Source of the DNA: a virus
Taxonomy: Duplodnaviria > Caudoviricetes
Length of the DNA: 46,372 bases
Strand: one strand, 5' to 3'
Virus record (IMG/VR): IMGVR_UViG_3300027887_000019
Location: 1 to 46,372 of that record
Shown here in pieces: positions 36,485-46,304 of this stretch (positions are counted from its first letter, which is position 1; each line of letters opens with the position of its first letter). Under the pieces are notes generated by a model. That model saw nothing but the letters and a program-made list of their open reading frames with translations. It was not told the origin of the DNA and searched no databases. The translations under genes were made by a program, and so were the position numbers.

Positions 36485-37381
36485 TCACGAGGGATTAGAG
36501 CCGACGATTCCCATATAATGCGGAAAACCATGAGAATGCACAAAACGGCCTTGAATCCACTCAATCAGTCGGCGTTCCTCTTCATATTCCCGTGTATAGA
36601 AGGCTTCCCGAATAAACACGTAGAGCTTATGCTGCCCCGGTGCGGCTTGCATAAAGAAGTTGTGTTCGTCGGTTAGGAAATTGTACACGAAAGGCGTCAA
36701 CATACCTTTAATGACGTTATCAGCGCGGTTGGCCGTTTCGGGATTTCCCGCGCTTTGCAATGCTTCACGAGCGGCCCATTCTTCCTCGGGAGGAACAATC
36801 AATTTATCCCACTTCAACGTAATTCGACGAACACCAGTATCGTCGTAAAGCCGCCGCGCTTTTGTGAGCATTCTACGAATCGTTGTGACGCTCACAGTTC
36901 CAACAGGATCAATGATATTTGACTGCGTACCTTCACGCATAGGATGATCGGTGGCGCACAAGGATTTTCCATCCGCCCCAAGCTGCGCGCCGTCAAACGC
37001 CAAATTCAACAACGCCGCATGAATTGTTTCCTCTGTGGCTCTCGCAGATCGCCCCATATCCATTGCCCGATCACGAAACAGCCTAGTCTGCAAGTCACGA
37101 ATTGCCTGATGAGTAAACCCAACGGCTTGGGAATATTCCTCATGGTCAAAACGGCTATAATAACCGTTCGTCATCTGGTCTTGCTGCGCCTCAACGCCTT
37201 CGGGCGTTTTCACAAACAATCCAAGGCCCGCAACGGTCTGAAACTCCTCAAATGCCTTTGTCGAAGTCTCGACATTAAACAATTGCGGATACTGCGCGGG
37301 GAGTTCGTTGAAGGAATTAAAAATAACATCCTTCAAACCAGGATAAAGCTGACGCTGAAAATGCGAACGCATAACAGTCAT
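36485..37381 (-). CDS. Major capsid protein (HK97 fold, Mu gpT-like family)
   Basis: LYPGL...FNVETSTKAFEE...GLG...EG; GADGKSLCATDHP; KLIVPPE. Confidence 0.9.
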   Translation of the reverse strand: MTVMRSHFQRQLYPGLKDVIFNSFNELPAQYPQLFNVETSTKAFEEFQTVAGLGLFVKTPEGVEAQQDQMTNGYYSRFDHEEYSQAVGFTHQAIRDLQTRLFRDRAMDMGRSARATEETIHAALLNLAFDGAQLGADGKSLCATDHPMREGTQSNIIDPVGTVSVTTIRRMLTKARRLYDDTGVRRITLKWDKLIVPPEEEWAAREALQSAGNPETANRADNVIKGMLTPFVYNFLTDEHNFFMQAAPGQHKLYVFIREAFYTREYEEERRLIEWIQGRFVHSHGFPHYMGIVGSNPS

Positions 37382-37394
37382 GATAATACCTCAC

Positions 37395-37916
37395 TCACGC
37401 AGCCTGTCCGGCTTCGGTCATACGAACGCGAATCTTAGCATATTCGCCAGTCTCCGCGCCGGGGGTAAGAACAAGACCAATAACAAGCAAAGAACCAGTT
37501 GTCGTGTTGTAGCTGCTAACATACTGATTACTATGCGCCGGAGGTCCAGCCGTCGGCGTAGCGTCCACAACGCCCACATGATCACCGCAATTCGCCGTTG
37601 CAAAAGTATCGGCCTGTACCACGAACTCTGCATCGGCATCTTCAATACCGATAACATTCGCGACTTGCGCCTGCGGAACATAATCCATTGATTGCGGGCC
37701 GCTAAGCGGCGTCAACTCAACAGCTTCCACAATTCCAGAAACTGCCTCGCCAGTCTGGCAGCGAATAACTTTGCCGGTCGTTGCATCAATACGATAAGCG
37801 TCACCCGGCGCAAGCACCGAATGCGTTGTCGCGGTGGTATCGACGGGCCGCGACACACGCTTAAGATCACCGCCGCCAATCAACCTAAAACCCTTTGGGG
37901 AATTTACGTTTGCCAT
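37395..37916 (-). CDS. Capsid decoration/cement protein
   Basis: MANVNSPKGFRLIG N-terminus, DADAEFVVQAD; upstream of the MCP. Confidence 0.75.
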   Translation of the reverse strand: MANVNSPKGFRLIGGGDLKRVSRPVDTTATTHSVLAPGDAYRIDATTGKVIRCQTGEAVSGIVEAVELTPLSGPQSMDYVPQAQVANVIGIEDADAEFVVQADTFATANCGDHVGVVDATPTAGPPAHSNQYVSSYNTTTGSLLVIGLVLTPGAETGEYAKIRVRMTEAGQAA

Positions 37917-37918
37917 AA

Positions 37919-38497
37919 TCAATTTGCTCCCGAAGCCGTTTTGTTTAGCCCATGACGAGTAAGAAACGATGATTTCCGTTCGTATTTAACCGGGAATCCC
38001 GCCCGCCGCGCCGCGTCAATCGCCTCTTGCGTCGGCTCCGTTGCCGCAAGAGCTTCCAAAGCCACCTTCGTCTTTCGTTTACGGTTCGCTTGCTCAATAA
38101 CCATTGGCCTTTTTACAAGGATACTATCTCCGACTTTATACACCGAATCCACCATTTTCCCGTATTCGTCGGAAATGGCGATCGGCACGCCGAGTTCTTT
38201 CCTTGTCACCACGGCCCACCCCGCAGCGGTGTATTCTGGTACCTGATTATCCCGAATTGTCTGATAATGAAACCTTGGATCATACTTCAACGTTGACAAA
38301 GGATCTGGGGTGTAGCGATCTTCAATGTCTTCCACATTGTCCGCCGGAACAGTCCAGATGCGACCCAAAGCATCTGTGAGTTGCTCCATTTTTGCCCCAC
38401 TTACTTCAATCGTTGAAGCATCGACGCCATCATCTATCGTAACTTGTTCTTCAGCCATTTTTTGAATCTCCAAAATATCCAACTCCTCCGTAGTCAT
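37919..38497 (-). CDS. Conserved head-region protein
   Basis: FHYQTIR...GWAVVT...VGDSILVKRP; between scaffold and decoration genes. Confidence 0.7.
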   Translation of the reverse strand: MTTEELDILEIQKMAEEQVTIDDGVDASTIEVSGAKMEQLTDALGRIWTVPADNVEDIEDRYTPDPLSTLKYDPRFHYQTIRDNQVPEYTAAGWAVVTRKELGVPIAISDEYGKMVDSVYKVGDSILVKRPMVIEQANRKRKTKVALEALAATEPTQEAIDAARRAGFPVKYERKSSFLTRHGLNKTASGAN

Positions 38498-39378
38498 CAA
38501 CGGCCGCTCCCATAAAGTTTATCCGCTTTTCGTTCGTCGAGATAACGCTTTAATGCCGATTCACGCGAAATACCCAATTCCGTTGCAATCTTAGCCAAAC
38601 CCGCAAGTTCACGAGGGGAAAGGTCAAGCTCCTCATTTGCAGCGGCATTCGTAGTTGTTTTACCTGTGGTTAGAGGGTCTGCCGGCTTGGGCCGCCGCTC
38701 TGATAATTGCACAACATTCCCCGCCGAAGCGGGCTTGAGTTTTCCAGCGTTTACGAGGATGCCATAAGCCGCGGCCGTCGCGTTATACATCGAATCCGGT
38801 CGCCACTGCCCTTGCGTGGCCGACGCATAACACTGCTCCGCCATTTGCACGAATTCAGGATTATTAAAATACGCCCCAAACGTCGAAATCGTGCGTTGTT
38901 TATCTTCATATTGCCGCTGGGAATTAACTGCTTGTGCCTCGGCGGCCTGCACGGTGTCGGCTTTCAATGTTCCCACTTTTTGATCCACAACTTGCGCCGC
39001 CGCTTGCTGCACAAGACCCACAATCGCTTTCGCCGGGTTTGCCCGAAATTGTGCCACAAAGGCTTCTTCATCAATTGACGGTGCCTGTGGGGCCGCAGGA
39101 ATTGGCGCTTGCGCCGCTGGCCGTTCCCGCACAAGGCTCTCAAGAATCTTATTCCGAGCATTTACTTCAAATTGCGCATTCTGCAAAACCGCGATTTCCC
39201 GCTGGAGTTCCTCCAATTGTGGATTCGTGATTGTTGCAGGTGGAGGAGTCTCGGGCGTTGCGGCCGGAGTTTCCTCGGGCGTTGCGGCCGGTTCCTGTGG
39301 AACCGCAGGCGGCTCAGCGGGTTCATTATTTTCCAAAATCGCGTCCCAATCAATCGACGTTACTGCTTCCTCTGCCAT
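38497..39378 (-). CDS. Capsid scaffolding protein
   Basis: Acidic Pro/Ala N-terminus, coiled coil, C-terminal LSPRE...IATELGIS. Confidence 0.8.
   Translation of the reverse strand: MAEEAVTSIDWDAILENNEPAEPPAVPQEPAATPEETPAATPETPPPATITNPQLEELQREIAVLQNAQFEVNARNKILESLVRERPAAQAPIPAAPQAPSIDEEAFVAQFRANPAKAIVGLVQQAAAQVVDQKVGTLKADTVQAAEAQAVNSQRQYEDKQRTISTFGAYFNNPEFVQMAEQCYASATQGQWRPDSMYNATAAAYGILVNAGKLKPASAGNVVQLSERRPKPADPLTTGKTTTNAAANEELDLSPRELAGLAKIATELGISRESALKRYLDERKADKLYGSGR
39250..39291 (-). repeat. 2 x 18-bp direct repeat (PAATPE) in the scaffold gene
   Basis: ctcgggcgttgcggccgg at 39250 and 39274. Confidence 0.8.
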
Positions 39379-39518
39379 CACTTCTTACCTCCCTTTTTTA
39401 CTTTCACGGTGCCGCTATGCAACTCTTTCTTAAGTTTAGATTTCTGCTTCCCAGATAGCGGGCTGCCGCTGCTAAGCAAATATCCCACTTGCGCTTTACT
39501 TTTAGATTTCATCCCCAT
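39378..39518 (-). CDS. 46-aa basic protein (not in ORF track)
   Basis: MGMKSKSKAQVGYLLSSGSPLSGKQKSKLKKELHSGTVKVKKGGKK; stop overlaps the scaffold ATG. Confidence 0.65.
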   Translation of the reverse strand: MGMKSKSKAQVGYLLSSGSPLSGKQKSKLKKELHSGTVKVKKGGKK

Positions 39519-39726
39519 TTTCAATCCCTTCTTCTTTTGCCCATTGCTCAGGAAGAAATTCCAACAAATCCATAAGCATCAGGATCTTCCCGGCCGTAAT
39601 AGTTGCATCATGGTATTGATCCGCGAGAATCTCGTCGAGTAATTCCTGGTGTGTATCAAGAATCACATCACGCAATTTCTGTTTATATTCTTCCCACTCT
39701 GGAAGCGCCATTAGTTGCCGTATCAT
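39502..39726 (-). CDS. Small portal-adjacent protein
   Basis: ATGA overlap with the portal gene; L...PEW...GKI...LEFLP. Confidence 0.7.
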   Translation of the reverse strand: MIRQLMALPEWEEYKQKLRDVILDTHQELLDEILADQYHDATITAGKILMLMDLLEFLPEQWAKEEGIENGDEI

Positions 39727-42041
39727 TGAATTTGCCCTCCCCCTTGAGGCATAGTGATTTCATCTTGCGTAGCAGGTTCCGCACCTTCACCGGCTTGATT
39801 ATTCCCCACAACCCCCGGTTGTACGCCCATGCGTGCCATGGACTTTTGTGTCTCAAGTGCCTGCGCCGCTTGCATCTGGCGAATTTGTTGAATCTGCTGA
39901 TACATCTGCACGGAAGACATTAGATGTTGCTGGAATAACATCTGCCGTTGAGGATCAGGAACCATTTGCGCAAACTGTGGATCAGACATCAACCGCAAAT
40001 GGGATTGGATATGGTATGCAAAATTTTCTCCTATATGCGGCTCGACGGCCTCGCCTCTAAGCATCGCTTTATGTTCCGTATCTGGCGGCGGAGAATCTGG
40101 CTCTATATCAGGCGCGTGGATTGGAATATCTTTTACATTAAACGCCCGCATGATTTTCTTCAACGCCGCAACAACCGTGTCGGGTTTTACGATCCCCATT
40201 TGCATAAGAATGCCATTCTGAAGAATGGTAAAAATGTTCAGGGATAAATCCCGCTCAAGTTGCGCGTTGAGCCGCTGAGTGGTTCCTGTTAATCGTAATC
40301 GCACACGGCCGTGAAGAACATCGCTTCGAATTTTGCGGACCTCGTTCAACCCTTCAAGAGTTGAAACCTGATAAATCAACTCATCCGAAGCGTATTGCTG
40401 ATAAAGACCAAACACTCGCGTAAGCAAACGATCTAGTGATCGCATAAATCGGCGAATAATGAGCTTCGCCCGAAGTTCGATGCTCAAGGCCGTTCCCTGA
40501 AATTCCGAAGCGCTCACACGCTTAGACGTAAACGTCCCTGCGCCTGGATCACCAAGGCCCGCTTGCTCAGACGCCGACTTCCGCACAAGCGCTTCTTCCT
40601 GAAATCCCCAAATAGAACTCCAATTAATATTCGGAAACAAGATCTTCGAAATCGACTTTACTGGCAGTCCTTGACCGGGTTTTAATTGGAGGACCGTTTC
40701 CTTAATTCCTGCCCCCGGCTCAAAGAAGAAAAACGGGAAATTCGCCACAAGGCCGGAATTTAGGCGATGATTATGGATTCCGTCCATCTCTGTTTGAACA
40801 TGCTGGAGCCATTCCATTAAGCCAATTCCGTAGAAACGGCCGTACTGAGGAATAAATTCGAATTTCGTCGGCGACCGCAGGCCGTCTTTATTCAATTCCT
40901 CAAGCCGCAGCACTTGAAGGAGCGTGTTTGTTGCGTTCGCAAGCCAAGCGACGATATTAATTCGTTCGCCTTTATAAGTGATTACTGACTCCCAACGATA
41001 AATCTCAATCCACCTTGCGGTTGTGCCGTAAGATTGGCTATTGACGCCAGTATCAAGATCCACTTCATCGGTGATCGGTCGGGGGATAAATGAGCCACGT
41101 TTGGGCAAGGCCGCCGAAGTGAGCAATTCAATTGTCTCTTTATCAAGTTTCTCAAATAGTTGACCTTTCTTGGTCTTCGCGAGAAACTCATCAATATGAA
41201 GAAAGAACCTCGTGCCGTAAAACGGCAAGCCCTCGATAGTGTTATGATTATCTAGCACAATAACATCTTCGATATTTGGCGTTGTAATTCGCACGCCGTC
41301 AAAGATCTTCTCCTCCCGCTCGATTTCAGCAATAAGGTTTTCGCCTTCGAGGATAAATTTCACAACGGCGGGCGTCTCGAAACCCTTAAGGAAAACTTCA
41401 TAAACCCCGAAATCGGTAGTCTCGATATGCTGAATGCCTTCGCCGGAGAAGATCTGCTGCAAGGCCGTTTCGAGTTGTATCTCGATAGGAACGTCTATCT
41501 GATGCTCAAACTCCCGCGTTAACCACATTGTCCGAAATTCACGTTCGTATTTCGGCATGGGCAAGGCGATGCCGTCGAGAAGGACGTTATGTGCGATTTC
41601 TTCGATAACTTCGTCGATCTTTACGTCATTTAAAAGCACCCATCGAAACCAGTCGGTAAGATCATTAATTGTCTGCGCCGGAATCGACTCGTCCATTGAC
41701 TCGAATTGGCCGATAAGCTCATCGCCGATAATGGCTTCGACGATTTTGGCTTTCCATTGTTCGGTGAATGTCGAAGACAGCGGCGTGCGGATATTCGCAC
41801 TGAGATCGCCTAGCGGCCCGTTTTCAACGGGATCAACTGTTCCACGCCAATTCTTAATATAAACTTGATGCCGCTCCATGAATTCCTTCCATGAAGCGCG
41901 AGCGTCCGTAAAATCACGGAGAATACAAGAAATTATTTCTTGCTTTTCCTCAGAGGATAAAGATAACGCAAGGCTCCGCCGTCGGCGGTGCATTAGCGCA
42001 TTGAGGATACTCTCACTGGACGTGACTGTCAATTCGGGCAT
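39723..42041 (-). CDS. Portal protein (P22-like)
   Basis: 772 aa after TerL; FYGIGL.E.L.HVQ, LKPG, SASE; Gln-rich C-terminal barrel. Confidence 0.9.
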   Translation of the reverse strand: MPELTVTSSESILNALMHRRRRSLALSLSSEEKQEIISCILRDFTDARASWKEFMERHQVYIKNWRGTVDPVENGPLGDLSANIRTPLSSTFTEQWKAKIVEAIIGDELIGQFESMDESIPAQTINDLTDWFRWVLLNDVKIDEVIEEIAHNVLLDGIALPMPKYEREFRTMWLTREFEHQIDVPIEIQLETALQQIFSGEGIQHIETTDFGVYEVFLKGFETPAVVKFILEGENLIAEIEREEKIFDGVRITTPNIEDVIVLDNHNTIEGLPFYGTRFFLHIDEFLAKTKKGQLFEKLDKETIELLTSAALPKRGSFIPRPITDEVDLDTGVNSQSYGTTARWIEIYRWESVITYKGERINIVAWLANATNTLLQVLRLEELNKDGLRSPTKFEFIPQYGRFYGIGLMEWLQHVQTEMDGIHNHRLNSGLVANFPFFFFEPGAGIKETVLQLKPGQGLPVKSISKILFPNINWSSIWGFQEEALVRKSASEQAGLGDPGAGTFTSKRVSASEFQGTALSIELRAKLIIRRFMRSLDRLLTRVFGLYQQYASDELIYQVSTLEGLNEVRKIRSDVLHGRVRLRLTGTTQRLNAQLERDLSLNIFTILQNGILMQMGIVKPDTVVAALKKIMRAFNVKDIPIHAPDIEPDSPPPDTEHKAMLRGEAVEPHIGENFAYHIQSHLRLMSDPQFAQMVPDPQRQMLFQQHLMSSVQMYQQIQQIRQMQAAQALETQKSMARMGVQPGVVGNNQAGEGAEPATQDEITMPQGGGQIQ

Positions 42042-43575
42042 GAAGATTAACTCCTGGGATACGGCCGTTGGGATTCAGATAAGACACCGCCTCGACGCCG
42101 TAATGAAGGTCGTTATAAGACAACTCTTCCATCGCGATATACCGGATAATATCCGGGAAATCTTTAAAAGTGTCTTTTGGTTTTTCTTTTACGTCTTTCG
42201 TGTGTTGGATGTTTCGGTGCCAGTCGTCCCAACTATAGCGGAGCATATAGTGAATCGGCCCGCCGCGGCCGTCGCACGAATCCATAAACCGCATCTTTGG
42301 GCGATTTGTTATTGGATTAATGGTCAAATAATTATGCACCATCGAGTGCCCGATGGACACGTCATTTTGACCAAGGACAACTTGATAATCCGCGTTGCAG
42401 AATACTTCTTCCCAACTCACGTCGCCAAGTTGGCGGGCTTTGGCCCGTTGAGGATCAATGATGCACAAGCGCGGCTGCACGGGCAAATTCTCCGCCTCCC
42501 AAGAGCGCAAATCACGAATAACTTTCTCCGTCGAGCCTGGGCCGCCGAAGGCATATCCCACGAAAGTTATCTCGTCATTTGGCGCGATATATCCATACAA
42601 CGCAAACACCGGCTTCCGCTCGTGGGGATCAATGCCGACAAAATACGGAACATTATCAGGCAACTTTGTTGCGGGAATTACATACGGCTCGGCGTTTTTA
42701 AACTCCTTGTACACAAGCCCAGTGAGTTCCATCGGCGTGCCGATTTCACGGGTTTCGCGCTCGCCGTCGGAAAGAGAATCAAGAAACGCTTGTTTTGTAT
42801 ATGCATTTAACCACGAATTATCGTGAATGGAGGAAAAAAATCCTTTAACATACGGTTGCTGTAATTCATCATAAAGCCACACTTCTTTTAGAAGTGTTGC
42901 AGTAATCAAGAGTTTTCCGTTGCGAGCAACTAAACCACGGAAGACGGCAGAATAAATCGACCTCGGCGGCGGCTCGTCAATCCACACAATATCCCAATCT
43001 TTCCCTTCTGCCGAAGGCGAACCTTGCTCGAATGTCTTGTGGTGAATTACGGAGTTATTCGCAAGCAACGTCGCAATCGGGTGGCCCATAGACGTACGTT
43101 GCACATGACGAATGGAATTGTGCGGGAGCCATGTTTGAAGATTTGGGAGAATTGTTTCGCTATGCGACTCAAAATCTTCTGCGAAAATCGCGGCCCGAAT
43201 AGGTGTTGGGCGAGAGAACTCGCGGAATTCGTGGCCCCAAATTGGTTTGCCAATAAGAAATTCCCCGAAGGTAATCGCCCCGGCCGTCGATTTGCCGCCT
43301 TTATTGCCTGATAACATCGCAAGAACAATCGCGGAGGAATCAGGGTTATCCAATTCCATCATGAATTGTTTTTGCTGGCCTGTTTCATGTGGGAGGAAGA
43401 ATCTTCCGGGATCTAATCGAACAAGAGTTGATAAAGACTGTTTTCGTTGATACAATTCGATTAACGCTTGTCCCGAGAGGGAGTTAATCACGTCCGCCGG
43501 CGGCAAAAGCCGTTTGACCACGCGATCAACATAATTCGGCGGGAGTTTCGAGGGAGATGAGGGAATTTTAGCCAT
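42013..43575 (-). CDS. terL: Terminase large subunit
   Basis: PHETGQ, GNKGGKS, IVWIDEPP, TATL, VGIDPH, DFPDIIRY. Confidence 0.95.
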   Translation of the reverse strand: MAKIPSSPSKLPPNYVDRVVKRLLPPADVINSLSGQALIELYQRKQSLSTLVRLDPGRFFLPHETGQQKQFMMELDNPDSSAIVLAMLSGNKGGKSTAGAITFGEFLIGKPIWGHEFREFSRPTPIRAAIFAEDFESHSETILPNLQTWLPHNSIRHVQRTSMGHPIATLLANNSVIHHKTFEQGSPSAEGKDWDIVWIDEPPPRSIYSAVFRGLVARNGKLLITATLLKEVWLYDELQQPYVKGFFSSIHDNSWLNAYTKQAFLDSLSDGERETREIGTPMELTGLVYKEFKNAEPYVIPATKLPDNVPYFVGIDPHERKPVFALYGYIAPNDEITFVGYAFGGPGSTEKVIRDLRSWEAENLPVQPRLCIIDPQRAKARQLGDVSWEEVFCNADYQVVLGQNDVSIGHSMVHNYLTINPITNRPKMRFMDSCDGRGGPIHYMLRYSWDDWHRNIQHTKDVKEKPKDTFKDFPDIIRYIAMEELSYNDLHYGVEAVSYLNPNGRIPGVNLHARIDSHVQ

Positions 43576-43659
43576 TAAGATAATTTAAACAGAAGAGAAT
43601 CCACTTGGGAGGTCGCAGTGAATAACGAAGTTGGGGGAAACTTTCGATTATTCGTCGCA

Positions 43660-44115
43660 TCAATGAAGTGTCTTCTCTCCTGTTTCTTCCGCAATAGCGG
43701 CGAGCAAGCTTGCTTTAATCTCCGCCTCCGAGAGGCCGTCATAAATCCTATCCGGTTTTTCGGTTCTATCAAGAAGAATCGTTCTTTGGGCGGTGTGGCC
43801 CGCCATTTCGAGAATATCGCGGGTATTTGTTGACCGAACTTTTTCGTCATTCGAGTGAAGTGCCAAACGCAATTTCTCTTCCATACACGCCGGGGCGATC
43901 ATCTGCGCCATTGTTTGGACATCGAGAATTGTATCAATCTGGCGATTTATGTATTTGCAAATCAACTCTTGCCCAAACGGCGACGAAATCACTGAATTTA
44001 CGTAATTCGCAGTTCTTTGAAGTAAATTCGCGATGTCACTCGTCGCGTAACCCATTATGTGGTATCTAACAATCTGGACATCTACGGCATTGAAGATCTG
44101 AGCTTTATTGGACAT
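43660..44115 (-). CDS. Putative terminase small subunit (HTH)
   Basis: GYATSDIANLLQRTANYVNSVI HTH; directly upstream of TerL. Confidence 0.7.
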   Translation of the reverse strand: MSNKAQIFNAVDVQIVRYHIMGYATSDIANLLQRTANYVNSVISSPFGQELICKYINRQIDTILDVQTMAQMIAPACMEEKLRLALHSNDEKVRSTNTRDILEMAGHTAQRTILLDRTEKPDRIYDGLSEAEIKASLLAAIAEETGEKTLH

Positions 44116-44131
44116 AGGAATTTCCTAGATA

Positions 44132-44464
44132 TTATTTCCTTAACGCACGCGCCACTTCGGCGAAGGCCGCCGCGAAATCATCTCGGAAAGTGATTTCCCG
44201 CGGTCCAATCGTGGCAAATGCCACGGGATACCCGGCATGAATGCCGTTAAAATAAAACGCTAAATCATTATCCTCAAGCCATTTTTGGACAACATGCATG
44301 TCTCTTGAGGAGCGGAGAATTAGAGAATACTTGGCATTAATCAAATCGTCAAGAAAATCTTGAATGCCGCTTCTCGGCGGCGGGATAAATCCCGGCAGGA
44401 ACTGCCCGCGGTAATCCGCCACGAGGCCGTCTAGTTCGAGGATTATTGTGGGTTTAAAGTGCAT
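44132..44464 (-). CDS. HAD-superfamily (PNKP/5'-nucleotidase-like) protein with degenerate motif I
   Basis: IILELDGLVADY...LILRSSR...VQKWL; start reassigned to ATG 44464. Confidence 0.6.
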   Translation of the reverse strand: MHFKPTIILELDGLVADYRGQFLPGFIPPPRSGIQDFLDDLINAKYSLILRSSRDMHVVQKWLEDNDLAFYFNGIHAGYPVAFATIGPREITFRDDFAAAFAEVARALRK

Positions 44465-44690
44465 GCTGCGCGCCTCGCGCTGGGTTATTGGAACACGAAG
44501 TGTCCCGCTTCGCAAGTGGTTAGTGGTAACTGTAGAGGATAGATGTATCCCTAAATATAGAGCCGGGGTCGGTATGGGATCTAAATAAGAGGGAGCGCGA
44601 CCCCGTGGCACCCTGGGTGGGCATGTGGAAACGTGCGCGAATTTTAAATTCAAAACAAGTTTTGAATTTACTATCGTTACCATCCAAGTC

Positions 44691-44749
44691 GAAGTAACCA
44701 AAGAATAAAACAGGCTTTCGGACTGCCTGTTCTATTCTTTGGTTACTTC
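44691..44749. repeat. Long inverted repeat (25-bp arms, 1 mismatch)
   Basis: gaagtaaccaaagaataaaacaggc / gcctgttctattctttggttacttc with a 9-nt loop. Confidence 0.85.
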
Positions 44750-44756
44750 TTTGGGC

Positions 44757-44794
44757 AAAAGAAAACCCGCTGGGATTCAGTTCCCAGCGGGTTT
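44757..44794 (-). terminator. Intrinsic terminator of gene 44816..45316
   Basis: aaacccgctggga / tcccagcgggttt stem, followed on the minus strand by a U-rich tract. Confidence 0.75.
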
Positions 44795-44815
44795 GTGGCG
44801 AAGACCGAGGTTAAT

Positions 44816-45316
44816 CTAGCTCAGACTATTGGGGTCGATATCGATTGCTCCGTCTTCCGTAACCTCGACCACAGGCGCCGTGTTCTCAGTGCTATGCTCA
44901 CGTTCGAGCATAGCATCAAGAGAATCGCGCATAACGCCTGTCACGTGATCACGGATGATCATGTAAAGACCAGCGAGGCCCACTCGGTCCTTACCGAGTA
45001 GCGCCGTTGACGGGTCAACGGGTTGGCGAAGGACTTTTCCTTCCTTGTTCGTACCGAGCGTGATTCCGCCAGACTTTCGCGCCTCGGCGTCAAGGGCGAT
45101 GATACCATTGATTGCCTCGACGAATTCAGCCTCGGTCGCAACGCTTGCAACCAGAGGCACGTAGCGCGTCTTTTCGACAGGCTTACCGTCAGCCGTTGGG
45201 ATGTATCTTTTCCCGTCGCTCCCTTTATGGGGCTTCCTCGGAAATTTCCCTTCGATCTTCGTCAATGTCGTTTTCATTCTTTTCTCCGTTTCTGTTCGGG
45301 TTAGGGTCTTCGCCAC
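44816..45316 (-). CDS. Hypothetical protein, apparently monocistronic (basic N-terminus, acidic C-terminus)
   Basis: 166-aa ORF followed by a terminator; start codon uncertain. Confidence 0.7.
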   Translation of the reverse strand: MAKTLTRTETEKRMKTTLTKIEGKFPRKPHKGSDGKRYIPTADGKPVEKTRYVPLVASVATEAEFVEAINGIIALDAEARKSGGITLGTNKEGKVLRQPVDPSTALLGKDRVGLAGLYMIIRDHVTGVMRDSLDAMLEREHSTENTAPVVEVTEDGAIDIDPNSLS

Positions 45317-45519
45317 GCAGGGATTATAGCCATGTTCAAGGAGATGTCAACGGCCTAGGCCGAGGTTCTTTCCGGTTCGGGTTAGACCGCCCGACGACGG
45401 CCGTGGCGTGCCATTGCGCGAGATAGCGATAGATAACTTCGTTAATTCTTCCTGTGTAACGTCGCGAATTTTGGGAACGAGTTCTAACGAATTTTGGGAT
45501 AGGCCACATGTGGACGCCG

Positions 45520-45860
45520 CGTATACTAATAGCCACTTCACACGATTTAGGCCCATATTTAGGCCCATGAAACACATATATACGCAACGTATACTAATAG
45601 CCCGAAAATGGTACCAAATTTAGACCCACCCACAGTACCAAATTTAGGCCCTCCTCTGTCGCGCGGCCCCTCGCGCAAACTTTTTAACTTTATAAAAATA
45701 TATTTCTATCTCTATAATTATTTCTATAACTTTCTTTTTAATTATTATTTAATTATATATTTATTATTTATTATTATTTTTTTAAATAAGAATGTAGCGC
45801 AAATAGCGAGAGAGAGGAGGGTCAGATTTGGGACTAAATTTAGGACTAGATTTGGGCATA
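45520..45860. other. Putative replication origin / divergent control region
   Basis: cgtatactaatagcc x2 (45520, 45588); ATTTAG(G/A)CCC x4; ~110-bp very AT-rich core 45680-45790; related inverted motifs on the right. Confidence 0.55.
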
Positions 45861-45998
45861 AAGGCTATATGTATCCCGTAGGGGGGGTATTTGTAGCCCG
45901 ACGGGATACATCTATCCCTTCCCAAACCACCAAAAACACGCTACACTAGGCCCCTAAACGGCCCTACATGCTATAACTTTAAAAGAAGGAGCTTCCTC

Positions 45999-46304
45999 AT
46001 GCCCAAGACATTCTCCGTAAAAACATATCTAACAGAGACCGAGAAATCCAAGATCATTCGCAGAGCGAATGAATTAGGGTTAGCGATAAGTGACTATTTG
46101 CGAACATTAGTTCTTGCAGACACGCAAGATTCGCGACCGTATCACGAGCCGTCCAAGATGGACATTACGGCCTTGATGAATAAAGTAACACCCGTTACTC
46201 CGTTTGCAAATATCCCTAGCGGCAAAACCGCCGACGCGACCGCGAAAGATACACAAGAGATTCTCGATATGCTTCAGGGAGAAGATGGGGATAAAAATAT
46301 ATAG
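45999..46304 (+). CDS. Ribbon-helix-helix DNA-binding protein (CopG/MobC-like)
   Basis: SVKTYLTETEKSKIIRRANELGLAISDYLRTLV; AAGGAG RBS. Confidence 0.75.
   Translation: MPKTFSVKTYLTETEKSKIIRRANELGLAISDYLRTLVLADTQDSRPYHEPSKMDITALMNKVTPVTPFANIPSGKTADATAKDTQEILDMLQGEDGDKNI

Noticed and set aside
41878-42810. 310-aa plus-strand ORF (likewise 19116-19811 and 27-641)
   Set aside because: Antisense to well-supported genes, with no motifs.
44465-44701. N-terminal extension of the 189-aa ORF
   Set aside because: HAD similarity starts at Met 44464; the extension begins inside the hairpin and has no RBS.
45608-45949. 113-aa hydrophobic ORF
   Set aside because: Translation of the AT-rich repeat region; no RBS; the composition is an artefact.
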